Assembly: GCA_965285935.1 (NCBI GenBank)
Contig: OZ260664.1
Location: 22,506,001-22,570,000, forward strand
Source of the DNA: Ophelia neglecta
Taxonomy: Eukaryota
Length of the DNA stretch: 64,000 nt
Direction of reading: 5' to 3'
Numbering within the stretch: position 1 is the first letter of the stretch; each line of letters starts with the position of its first letter. The translations under genes and the position numbers were made by a program. This document shows positions 39,301 to 51,100 of this stretch, piece after piece. The notes below the pieces were generated by a model. The model saw only the letters and a program-made list of their open reading frames with translations. It had not been told where the DNA came from and did no database searches.

Positions 39301-42300
39301 ACTAGTTTTATTAAGGAAACCCCGGTTTTCATGCCACTGAAGGCCGTGCAGGTAGGGCTTCCGGCGGTGTTAGTTGTCAATGGTGGCTTATATCAGTGTG
39401 CCGAGTAAAGTAGTTCATCAGTTGCGACGCCCCAAGGGAAGGGTAAAAGAACAATGCAGCATTGTCGCACCCAAAGTTCAACCGAATCCGCGGCCATTGT
39501 AACAAAGCTTATTACACACGTCGACTGTCTACCTACTAGTATTAACGGTCTCGGTATTCGGCGCGGTGGCGCTGTGCTCTATGATTGGCCCAGCGGCCCG
39601 GGAGCTGTTTGTCACGTGGTTCAGGGTCGGGTCATTCTATTGTTCTCCCAAAGCGCAGCGCTGAATACATTGAGCCGAGTACAAAGCCGCTGCTCCCTGA
39701 CAATATAAGCGAAACCCCCATTCTACATATGGCGATAGGAAATGGCTTTGACATGGCTTCAAATCAACACATCAAAAATACACTACACTGTCATACAAGA
39801 CATTAAGCGAAGCAGTTTTTATCAATCCAAATATGGCATGTAAATGATATGTTATGAGATTAACGGCTGTAATTACAAATGGGGTTTTCGATAAATTTAA
39901 GGCACTTGTCCAAAATTCCAGTTGTTTACAAAAAAAATATGAAACACGAACAATTTTTTTTATTGGAACCGAGACACGGGGTTTCCTGAGTTGGCCTCAA
40001 TGAGTCTTGGATTCATTCTTACTTAAAGTTTCATTTTCCCACATTCAGCTTGTCTAGCTAACAAAGCTACTTTCATGTTTCCAATCATGAAAGATGATAT
40101 TCAGAATGCTCATGATTTTCTCATTTCTTTTCAATGATATTCGGGATTTTTTCATAGTTTTTGGCATTTCAGTTAATCGGGATAAAAAGGTTTGTAATGC
40201 ATAAAAGTATTTCCTCTGCCGTTTGCATTTAAAGACGATTTTAACCAGAATGTTAGCTCGCCATTTTCCTTTTTGAAAACTCTGGCACATTTCGTGTGTT
40301 TTAATTCACTAGTGATTTATTTCGTTTGCAGTGTAGTGTCTTTGTAAACTATATTCAGTCGCTGACTAGCTGACTTGCATGACGGATCTTTACTATAACG
40401 TTTTTAAATGCTTTACTTACAATATACGTCGTATAGATGGGTGGCCGAATTTATCGCTTTTCATGAGTTTGCATTTGCCGCTTGCAGTAGAACGCTTACG
40501 TCACTGCATTGGATACTGTTGTTAGGGAGATTCCGTTCGGATGTCACTCCGCGCGTCGCCAATTGGCTGGATTGCCGTTATGACGTCTTAGACTAGATTT
40601 ATCGGGGAATCCCTTCACCTGATCAACCGCTGTTTTACGGACTGGAGAGTTTGCTGATTGTTTGTGATTATCACGTCCTGAACAGAGGGACATCTAGGCC
40701 TATCAACTGATTCAGCAATCTGAGTGGATTTCACCAAAAGTTACTGGTGTATGAGTACGAGTACATTCCAGGATGAAAGCACTGTCTACCGTTTTACGGT
40801 GCCGAGTAGTCTACCATAGACACATGAACGGATACACTCATCGAGAAAACTCTATTCATTTCAATTTCAACTGTTGAGAGTGTTGCGGAGATGGCGAACT
40901 GCCAACTCTCCAGTCCATGAATAGAAGGGATTTTTTTTGGCAAGTATATCTGCATATTGTTTCTTGAGTAAGGCAATATTTGTATGGCATAGACTAACAT
41001 GCGTATATACTATTCCGTCGCTATGAAATATTTGCATTCAACAAAGGTTTGAAATGTATTATAATAGAACAATAAGTTAAACATCTGCCAAAGTACAGTT
41101 GGTTGGCACCTTGTTAATAAATAGTATAACCGTTATAAACAAAACGCATTTCGAAGAAAACTTTGGCAGGAAGCATTGTACGAGAAGTCCGCTCCAAGCT
41201 GATGGGACTGTTGACATTGATTAGTTCTCATTACTCGCCGCAGGTGGTTACTGAGGTCGCCATAGGAAAACATCCGCATGTGCACACTCACTTCCTTATG
41301 ATATTTCCTCTATAAACGGTCGTATCAAATCTTCTAGTTAGGTTCAGGCTTTAGAAATTCACATCTATCGATAAACCAATTTAGCCTATTGTACAATCGA
41401 CTGGTATTTCCTTTTAGCTTAAAAAACTGTTAAGGTTGCAATAAGAGGTATGTTCATAACATGATTGTCTGCACCTATTTGCGCCCGGATGTCTAACAAT
41501 ACATTGATTTGAATGTGTGTGTGGGATTATTGCTTTCACATTCCAATGTTATCAAACAGTTTCCGCCATTTAACCGTACATCTGATTTAATTACATTAGG
41601 CTCGTATTGGTGACGCTCTTGTAAACTTTGCTCATCTAAAACAGCTTTCTACCTACACGATTCTTCAATAATCAATTTGTTTTAACAACAAAAGTACCGC
41701 GATATTTTAGTCCGGTCTATTTATAACTGAGTCTAAACACATTTGACTTAATGACAACTCATTTAACATAGTACCCTGAAATTAGAAACGACAAAAAAAT
41801 GGTGCTTCATAAGTCTTAAATTCATAAATTAAATGTTATATTAAGGGCTGACTTAGATCTTTTATTTTAAAGGTGATTCAGCTTGGCCAAGATAAATTTC
41901 CTTTATTATCCAATATACCATGATCAGGATAATTATTGTCCACTCTTTTTCACATTACATTTTGATAAACAAAGAATCGCTCAAACAACGGCGAATATAT
42001 TACAATATCTCGCCAAATATGACAAAATCGACTGCCAACCAGGGAGGAAGTTTGAACAACACAATATTCAACCTAGTAGGCATATAGAACCTGCACACTC
42101 ATATATCCTCACCCACGTAAGTATGAAGAATTCATAAAAAAAAAGCAATTAAAATATCATGCACTGTCGGAAATAATTGTGTGTGAACTACTGCTGAAAC
42201 GGACATTCCCGATGTGTAACAGGTGTGTTTGAAAAAAAGGCAGCCTCTTGTTGATAAAGTGTTTTTGATAGTTCGACTTCTTATTTCAACAGCAAGTGAC

Positions 42301-42569
42301 GCGCCTAGCAAGTGCTCTGTGCGCATGTGTGCAATTATTAGACGTTAAAGGGTTAGATGGCCCATCAAACAGTTAGGACGCCTGTGTACTGAATTATGCA
42401 AAAGAGCCCGCGGTGTATACGCAGGCCAAGAGTCATTTGGACTGTAAGCCAAATAGAATTGGTCACATCCAATACGGCCCCCCGGAGATCAGTTCCGGCA
42501 TGTTCGCAAGGTGGCGCGTTATGTATCACGCCGACCCACCTGACACTTCTGGTAGGGATTAAATTCAAA

Positions 42570-42863
42570 ATGGCGGAATGTTGAAAGCGGACGGCGAATG
42601 TAATAAGTAAAAATACTGATATATCGAAGTGAACAGTGACCGACAGCCGGAAATATTTGAAGGAACGGGATTATAACAATCCAGAATTGCAAAAGGCAAA
42701 GCTTTTTAAACTAACAGCCGAGGTGATTGCGCGAGATGTGCCGGTGTTCAAGACAAACGATCACCTTCATCTTGAAACTGAATTCCATACATGTGATGAG
42801 GGCCGTAGATTTGCCGAGTTTTCGAAGACTATCAACACCCCAAACCCCACACAACAGAAATAG
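42570..42863 (+). pseudogene. Disrupted 5' coding fragment with a SAP-like domain, probably transposon-derived
   Basis: aaaATGGCG start, in frame with DISK*TVTDSRKYLKERDYNNPELQKAKLFKL, which resembles the SAP pattern W-TV-xx-LKxYLKERG-x-KAEL. Two in-frame TGA stops. Confidence 0.45.
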
Positions 42864-43731
42864 TTAAGCATGATCGCATATTCAATTTAAAGGCCTAAAA
42901 CTTATAGTACACGGCAGTTATCGGCTGACACTTCCATAACACATGTATTGTTGTAACAGTTGATTTCTTAACTCGACTTTCTCGCAGAAATCGCTAATCT
43001 CGCGCGATAGTGACACAACACGGTGGCGGTTCCAAGCGGCGGTACATGCTAAATAGGCTATATTGCCTATAAAAGTAAAATTACTCCGGGGTCCCCGATT
43101 GATTACAGATTAGATTAATTTTTGTTTGGACAGAGAATACATGTCAAGTGACGTCTTTCCTTTCTAATCTATTCTGGAAGCTTTATTTAAATTGTAGACA
43201 ATTTTGAGACATAACGCGAAGTAAATTCGGCCATCAATACCCGGTGTATGAACCCGCTGGTTGGTAATAAAATATATGTATTACAAGTGATTGATACTCG
43301 ACTTCGTAGCGCATTCATTTACATAACCGGAGCATTGAGATAGCACTTTGTCACGAATAGCTCTAAACATGGTGGCTCACAGTGATCATTGCTGAATTGT
43401 ACCTAGTACATATTAATGCCATAGTTGCTTTCACCTGGTCAGATTACGCCATGATTGGGCTGGCAACCAATTACTTTGTTTTTTTGACAGTCAATTTTGA
43501 ATTTTTTTAATTTCATTCATAATTTTTTTTCAAAACAATACATCCGCAATATAACCCCATTCGTATCGCAAATATCGTATCCCTCACCACCCATATTATT
43601 CTAGAAGATCGTTTGGAAATAAGGCCCTACAGCATTCTAAAATCTTCCTTGATGTGAATTATGGAAACTAGGAACTCGGCTTGAATCGTGCTAAAACTCA
43701 CCACGGGATCACTGCTATTCATTATAATGTA

Positions 43732-43907
43732 CAGTGAAACCTGTGAATTAAGACCACCCAAGGGACTGGAAAAAGCTGGTCTGATTTCTGAGGTGGTCGG
43801 TTTAGAAAGGTTTTTTTAACATTGAAAGCATACAGAATGGTCATATGAGTGGTCTTATTTTACAGGTGGTCTGATTATAGAGGTGGTCTTTAAGGCAGGT
43901 TTCATTA
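43732..43907. mobile_element. Tc1/mariner(pogo)-type MITE, copy 1
   Basis: ta|CAGTGAAACCTG...CAGGTTTCA terminal inverted repeat with internal repeated gaggtggtc motifs. A second copy lies at 61912-62088. Confidence 0.75.
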
Positions 43908-43994
43908 AATACTTTAATTTCTAGGTAAAATCAACCTTATTGTTGATCCTAATTTTTTAGCAACCGGGGCTGCAGACGGTGATTATCAATAATG

Positions 43995-44001
43995 AAAGAA
44001 A

Positions 44002-44045
<44 letters not shown>

Positions 44046-44047
44046 AA
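43995..44047. repeat. (GAAA)n microsatellite
   Basis: Visible directly in the sequence. Confidence 0.9.
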
Positions 44048-44549
44048 ATGGTTAAGTTGATGAGGATATATCGAGACGGGAACAACATAATACAAATATA
44101 CCAAACCGAAGCAAATAGTTTAATTCCAGTCAAAAAGGGCAATAAACGGTTGACCGGTGAGGTCTCACGAGAAAAATAACGCATTAATGTAAAGGTATTT
44201 ATTTATTCTGGGTTCCAGGATAAAGCATTCCTTGTAACTAACCAAAGCTATATCTAAAAACAGGACAGAATAACAAGCTGGGATTACACTCCGTATTTGC
44301 TATCAACTGATGTGGCATTATAGAAACGATTTTAGGAAAGCCGCAAGCTCAACGGATACAATCACATTTTGACAAAACCGACTTGTCTACTTGTTCTCCA
44401 TAATTTATGGTAGAAATCTTTAACGCTGACGACTCGAGATATTATTTTTCCTAAATGACACATTTAGTATGATGTTTTATGTCGAAGTAGTTTCAATGTC
44501 TACTATTTCTAAGGAGCTCCCTACCTTGTTTATTAGGTCCAAGTCGTTT

Positions 44550-45200
44550 TTTGAGTAGGCTGCACGGTCTTCTCCTGGGCCTGTCGGAATCCTGCTTGGC
44601 CGGCATACCGTCACACATACCAGGGTACACAGGGTCAAACTAAGCAAAGAAATTACCGTGGTTGAATACATATCCAACACAAAGTGGCAAGACCTTTGGA
44701 ATCGGCTTGATAGGGAATGTTCCGAACTGTCTCTTAAATATCAGGGCCCCCTCGTAATTGAAAGTAGCGCGGTCAGACAGTTGATCAGCGTCGGGGAGTT
44801 GGCCGCGTTTGGAGCTGTCTACAAGCGTCTTACGCGCAGGGTCAGTGCAACATGCTTATTGGGCAAGTTATCTGACTCACCTGGCTGCAGGCCGGTCAGT
44901 TAGATCAGACTGCTTGCCCCCCCCCCCCCCCGGGGGGAGGGGGTTGGGTATGGGGGTGTTGAGGTTGGCGGGTTTGAAGGGATTTCGCTATCTCTCGTCT
45001 CATCGGCACCCACAGTTGTTTTGGTACAAGTCATAGACCTAGTGTCTTGAATAGAGCGAGTTGGTGTGCTCCAAACTTGCAATCGGGTCACAAGACACAG
45101 CTAGGTAAAGCACTTGCTTTTCTTTCATCTCTACGAGTTGCCTACCTGTAATTTTGCTTTACTATTCTGGGCTACATGGGCCTATAATAAAATAAACTAT
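44550..45200 (+). mobile_element. Possible 3' end of a DIRS/Ngaro-like element (YR remnant plus GC-rich terminal region)
   Basis: GC-rich island. YQGP..I and AVYKRLTR weakly resemble the YR boxes Y.GHSFRIG and SAYKRYIR. Ends with aataaaataaac near 45190. Confidence 0.3.
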
Positions 45201-48200
45201 TAAGAAGAGGCATTCAATGATATTTTACCAATTAAATCCATGGAACTATATTTGATTGAACTATAAAAGTTATTTACCCAAGGCCAAAGTCACTTTTTAT
45301 CAAAACAAATCCCTAAGAGCCATTCAAATTATACCCATACCACTAAGACTGGTCGAAAAAAAGTCCTTTGAATATTTTATGTTCACAGCATCGTGGATAG
45401 AAAATTGGCTCGATGACTCATTTTATTCTATGTTAAAATAGTAATATTTTATATATTACAACATTTTATGTCAATTTATCAAAGTTTTTCCCAATTTCTG
45501 GGTAAAAAACATCCATTCAAAAGATATTTCCGGGTGTATGGATTATATCAATGTTTTATCAGCAATTACCTTCAATACACAATATTAAAAATTGTTTTCA
45601 CATATAATTCACAAAGTAACTTCCATGTGACATATACTATACATAATAGTTCGAATTAAGTTGATATAGTTAGAGATAATTCAGTGAGATAACATATATG
45701 TTTAACGTGCAGGCAGATCTACATGGAGACAAATTTATATGAGTAAAGTTATCAGCGGAGTGAATGTTTCCTAGGTGATGTTTTATATAAACTATAGTCT
45801 AGTATATCAGTGTTAAGGTAACAGCAAAGGCAATACATTTCATAACTACAGGCTCCAGCGCACAGGAAAATTAAAACTTATATTCAGCATTGAAAGTAAC
45901 ACAAACTCCATTTATTTAACCCAATAGGCCATAGTACTTGCTCCGTTTCCATGCCAGCGAGTGGCCTTCAGTTCACTTACAATCAACTACACATCAGCGA
46001 AGTATTTGGTATGAATAGTATTGCTTGCAGATTGAATATCTGAAGATGCATGGGATTTTATCAAGGTTATTATTCGGGATTGTGAATGCTCAAAATACCA
46101 AAACCATTTCCAAAACCAAATGATGCATCGGGCGAAAAGGGTTTAAAATGTGTATAATTGCAGTCTTGAAAGTATTAACATAGGTTTCTAGGACATTGCC
46201 GTGAGGATTGATATCAACTTAAATGTATTTATTCAGATTCCTAAAAAAAAAATTATCTGAACCGTTACCATGACAAAAATGGCCGACAGCCAATTATCCG
46301 TCAACAATGATAACAGACTATCTGTCATTTATTTGGTAGAATGTCCAGTGCGAACATTATTATTACCCATGCTATTTTTTCTTACTACATCTTATATTTC
46401 CACGTTATATTTTCCCCATATAATTATAAGTAAATCATCTATTATAACAGTCATAACCTTCTATCAAGGTAAACCAGTAGCAGTCATTCATATTATCTCA
46501 ACTACTACACGTAACTTCTATTAAGTTACAATTTTATTCTTTAATCAAACGTCAAATACATTATATATTATGATTATATAATACTTCAAGGCTAGACAGA
46601 GGTGAAACTTCACTAATGGCAAGCTGACATGGTTGTAATAACCATACAGTAATAAAAATACCTGAAAAATACCTGAAATACCTGTTAGGGTCAAAGAATG
46701 CCATTTTAGTTTTGAGTGTGTGCATGAAAATAAATGTCTCGGTGAAAACTACTTTTTTGGAAGCACTTAACCCAAAAAGCATACATTTAAAAGATATTTA
46801 TAAACATGTATTTTATTTCTTAACCATGAATCTTGTTCAATTAATTCCGATAATAATGTGTTTCCAGTTAATTTCAGTATTTAAGGCTTGGATGTTTTAT
46901 GCCATAAAATCTTAGATTGCATGATGAAATAAGACGTCTGAGTGTCATTAATTCATTTTATATGGTGCATTATGCACAAGACAGCTAATACTATGGCTCC
47001 ATTTATGCCAAGTATTACCAGTTGCAACAATATAATGTACCATAGTAATTTATGCTTATATGCTCCTTTCTTTTGATTGGTGTATCACATATATTTCTTT
47101 GGTATATTCAATATACTATTTTGCTTGCCAAGTATTACAGCTTTTTATTAGAGTTTTTCCCATACACACTCCATATGTGTTGAAAGGACTTCGAAACTAG
47201 TGAATTATGTAGATGTTTAGTTTCAAGATAGCTGATCTTACAGATATTATTGTATAGATATATATTTCTCTCTGGCTTAATGATTGCAAAATTAGCCATA
47301 ATACAATGATATGTCTTTCCTAATTTACCTATCATGTCTTATTGAGAAAATACTCAGTTGCCCAAATTTAATTTGTACTTATTTGAACAATATGGTATCA
47401 TCAGAAATAAATGATCCATTTACATTAAATAGATCTTTAGCACAGGGTATGTTACTCTTTGAACAGTTCTTCACAAGCCAACATATTCTTTTGGAGATTA
47501 GATTCTTATTGCACCAAATAGAACCTTTTGGGGGGGGGGGGGGATTTACACTTGTCCTAATCATAAAATCTATACCAAATTCTCACGCTATCAACCTAGC
47601 ATCTTATACAACTCTCCATTACTTGTTTCTTATTCATTTTTATTCTTATCAAGCTCTGTTTGAAGAATATTTTTTCTTAGCTGGTCTTTCGAGTAATTAA
47701 TGCTAAACTCATCTTCAGTATGAGTAATCTCCAATCTTCAGTATTTCCAATAGCAGCTGACTAGATAGGTAATTTTTTCTGGTTTGGCTTGTATCAATAA
47801 TATTCAAATATCCCTCCCTGTATTCCAATTCCTCCAATATCATGTTATTACTTTCCAGTATTCTGCCAAAATCTAAAGAAGGTGCCAGAAATAAAACTTA
47901 GGTGCAGAAGTGTCATTTTGCCTACCTAATTTACACATAACCCTCCTAACCCTGAGCCACTGCTGAAATCAAATGATAAGGACCCCTTTTATTAAACAGT
48001 TCAATTGATCTAAATACAAAACAAGTCTTACCCCGCTATATACTGGGATCATAATTGGTTATTTATTACCTTGGACTAGATTATTAAGATCTGGAGGACA
48101 GTGGGCCCACATAACTAGAAGGTCGCATATTACTCTAACGAGTACAGGTATGCAAGTCATGTGATCTATTACAAGGGCGTCTCCACGATATTGCAGAAAG

Positions 48201-50129
48201 GGAGTACAATGCCCATTAACACCAGCAATGCACCAGACAAGGAAAACACTGAAATCAGGATTTTTTGTTATCCAGCTAATAAACAATATTCTTCGCTTGT
48301 TTGGCGCCCTCGAAGCCAGCCCCCGCGTAATTTGGAGTGCTTTGGAATGAATTGAGTTTATTTGGTGCCACTTAACACATAACAATAACATGTACAAAAG
48401 AGCAATGCGGTTTTAACAAATAACAGTAACATCAGGAGGCCAGTAATCAAAGAGACCGTAAGCACCGGACGCTCTATATATTGCATATATACATAGATAC
48501 AGCGGAAGAACACATTGAATACGAGTAAGTATAAGTGGACATATAGTAGCTCATTGCGCGATCCTATAGTGTTGTCAAGAGTCTAAAAATATTATGATCG
48601 ATTCATCTAGATAGAAGAATGGTTTTTTTTTCTCCTGGTGGAAGACATCACAACACATACTGGGCATTAAATATGTTAGCAGAAAGTATGATCAATTTAA
48701 AAGGAGCGCATAATTCGACACATAATGTACAAATAAATTAATAAATATTTATGGGCAAACCGGTGCATCCATAGTCTGCGAACAATTGTTTTCGTGTTAT
48801 TCTTGCCTGTGCCATATTATCTTATTTTCGTACGCCTTTTTTTGGTAAGTTTAGACCCTCCTTTCTAGCTTCTGGAAGACCGCAGACCAAACTATCTACT
48901 TGATATTCCTCGTTTGTCATCGATCATGGCCACTTACCCTGTTACCTACCGTATACACCCATTTGATTTCCAAGTTGCTTAATCAAATTGCAACTTTCAC
49001 ACGGTAATTGCAGCAGTCTGAACACTTTTAAGTGGATTTATTGATTTCTTTTTTAAATAGTGGATAAGTTGATATTTGTGTGTGTGTGTGTGGGGGGGGG
49101 GATAAGCAGGGGTACATTTAATGACACATTTGTTTTTCAATGGTTCATGTTTATTTAAGAAACGTTTTTAACCAATTTGATCGAATTTTGTGGTTCGTTC
49201 TAATTTTGGGTGCTGTAGCTTCGTGTACATAAAACATGAATTTGCAGCACGCACTTGATTTTTACGAGTTTGAGAGGACAAGGAATCCCATATCGTGTTA
49301 ATTCACTGTCTGATCACGATTCCGAAGCACAAGGGAGAAGCACAAGGGAGGATATTTGCGGTTCTTCAAGAGCGGGTACGATTGCGGAGGGTATATTATT
49401 GTTTTATCACACCCTGATTCAGATATGAGCCTACTTGTTTGGTTATCACAGCTAACCTACCCTACGTAGCAGAGGTGATGTTCGCTATGCATTACTCGCC
49501 GCCATCAACCTATGTCGATAAGCGTAGTAAGCCGGCAGCTTTCCAGAGAAACAGAAACGAGGCTTAATGACGGCCGTGTGACGTATATGTACCATGTGAG
49601 GTGATTGGCCCTCTGAATCTAGGCTTTTGGGAAAGCCACCCATCTTGGATAGTCAACCGCGTGCGATCGAAACGAAAACTGTAATCAAATATGTTTACAA
49701 CGTTGACTAGTTAAGATCACAAGTAATGCATTTAAACTAAACTAGTTCCTGCCTTATGAACTACGTGAAGCTAGTTTTCAGCTAACTTTCCCTTGTCTAA
49801 CCGGTAAGCTCCAGTGAGCTTGTCGGTTAGGCCAGATCCCCGCCATTTTTCGTGCCTGTCACTACAAGCAGTTTATCACCTCGCTGCCAATGTGCCTTTG
49901 GTAACCGAGCGTTGATTGGTGAATACTCCGTCTTGCTTACAGTTTAACTGGAGCACTGCGCACCTCCTATTTCCCTCTCCCTTATTACAGACAGAAACCG
50001 GTTGAAAATTACCCTTATACCAACAGCAACTCCAACTCAGCGCTACTTTTCCATTGGCCACCTGCCTCTACCATGTGTATTTGTGGTAGTGTGGTGCTGC
50101 ACCAGGTTGTTAGAAACTTGGAGTTACCA

Positions 50130-51100
50130 TTATCCAAAATGCAGAATCCCAAATCCCCCAAACCTGAATGTCCCCATGTGGCGTACTGAACTAGCTGATT
50201 ATAAAGACTAAGAGTTTGTTGATTTCTTGGAATTCGGTTGACCTTTGTGTCATACAGCATCCTCATGGCCAGTGACCAAAATCAGCAATCCCAAGTCCGT
50301 TTTTAGCAACTTACTTACGTAGAACCGTACATAGAAAAAGAGGTACGTCTAGACCCTTTAATCGACCCATTAAAGCACTTTCCTCTTCCTAGCCCGTTAG
50401 CTTTTACCCCAGTTGGACCTCGCCCTAAGAAAGAGACAGAAGAGAATTGAGTAATAATGGGTCCCAGTTCCCCACAGGATACTTCTACAAATGACGGTGC
50501 TCTAAAACTTGGAAACCAAGGTACTTACATGTATCTGGGTAAACCCAGCAATCTGCACTATCCCTCTGATGACCTGGCTGATAGTAATTGTAAGCGTGGC
50601 CAGGGCTGGTTGCATGATTTGGAAAAGAGAGTCGTGCAAATCGACTGATCCCAATTGATCCAGGTGATTACCACTGACTGAATTTTTGGGTGCGAACACG
50701 CGGTTCAGCTATGCGACACACAACCAGTGGTTTTGTGTTTTCATGATGATGAAAGGTAATTTTGATGCTGTAGGTTATATAGACGACAATTCTGGGGCCG
50801 CCGGGAGAAAAATGATGATTGTGTCGTGAAGTTGGAGACATGCGAAGAGATCGGAGACCATGTTGTAGTAGAATATAGCGAACTCAAGGAATTACGGAAA
50901 ATAGGGCAAGAGGAGGTGAGGTTTCATTTTACTCACGGATCTGGTGCCAGATGTAAATACGAGGCCACGGTTGTGCCTTCATTCCGCCGAAGTTCTAGGC
51001 CCGTAATCATTCAGTTTCAGAATATAGCTAGTCTAGATGGGAAACTGGTTCGGGTTTTACAAAGAGGAAATGCAGCTTTTACTAGACCAAATGACAGCTA
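50130..51100 (+). mobile_element. Decayed DIRS/Ngaro-group (tyrosine-recombinase) retrotransposon: RT remnant and possible YR remnant
   Basis: WRTELADYKD*EFVDFLEFG*P; YIEKE; PVGPRPKKE..VIM..S.P..STNDG; YLGKPSNLHYP; SRANRLIPIDPGDYH*LNFW (from 50630); RT catalytic YIDD at 50776-50787. PSFRRS and MGNW downstream resemble YR boxes (weaker). Confidence 0.75.
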
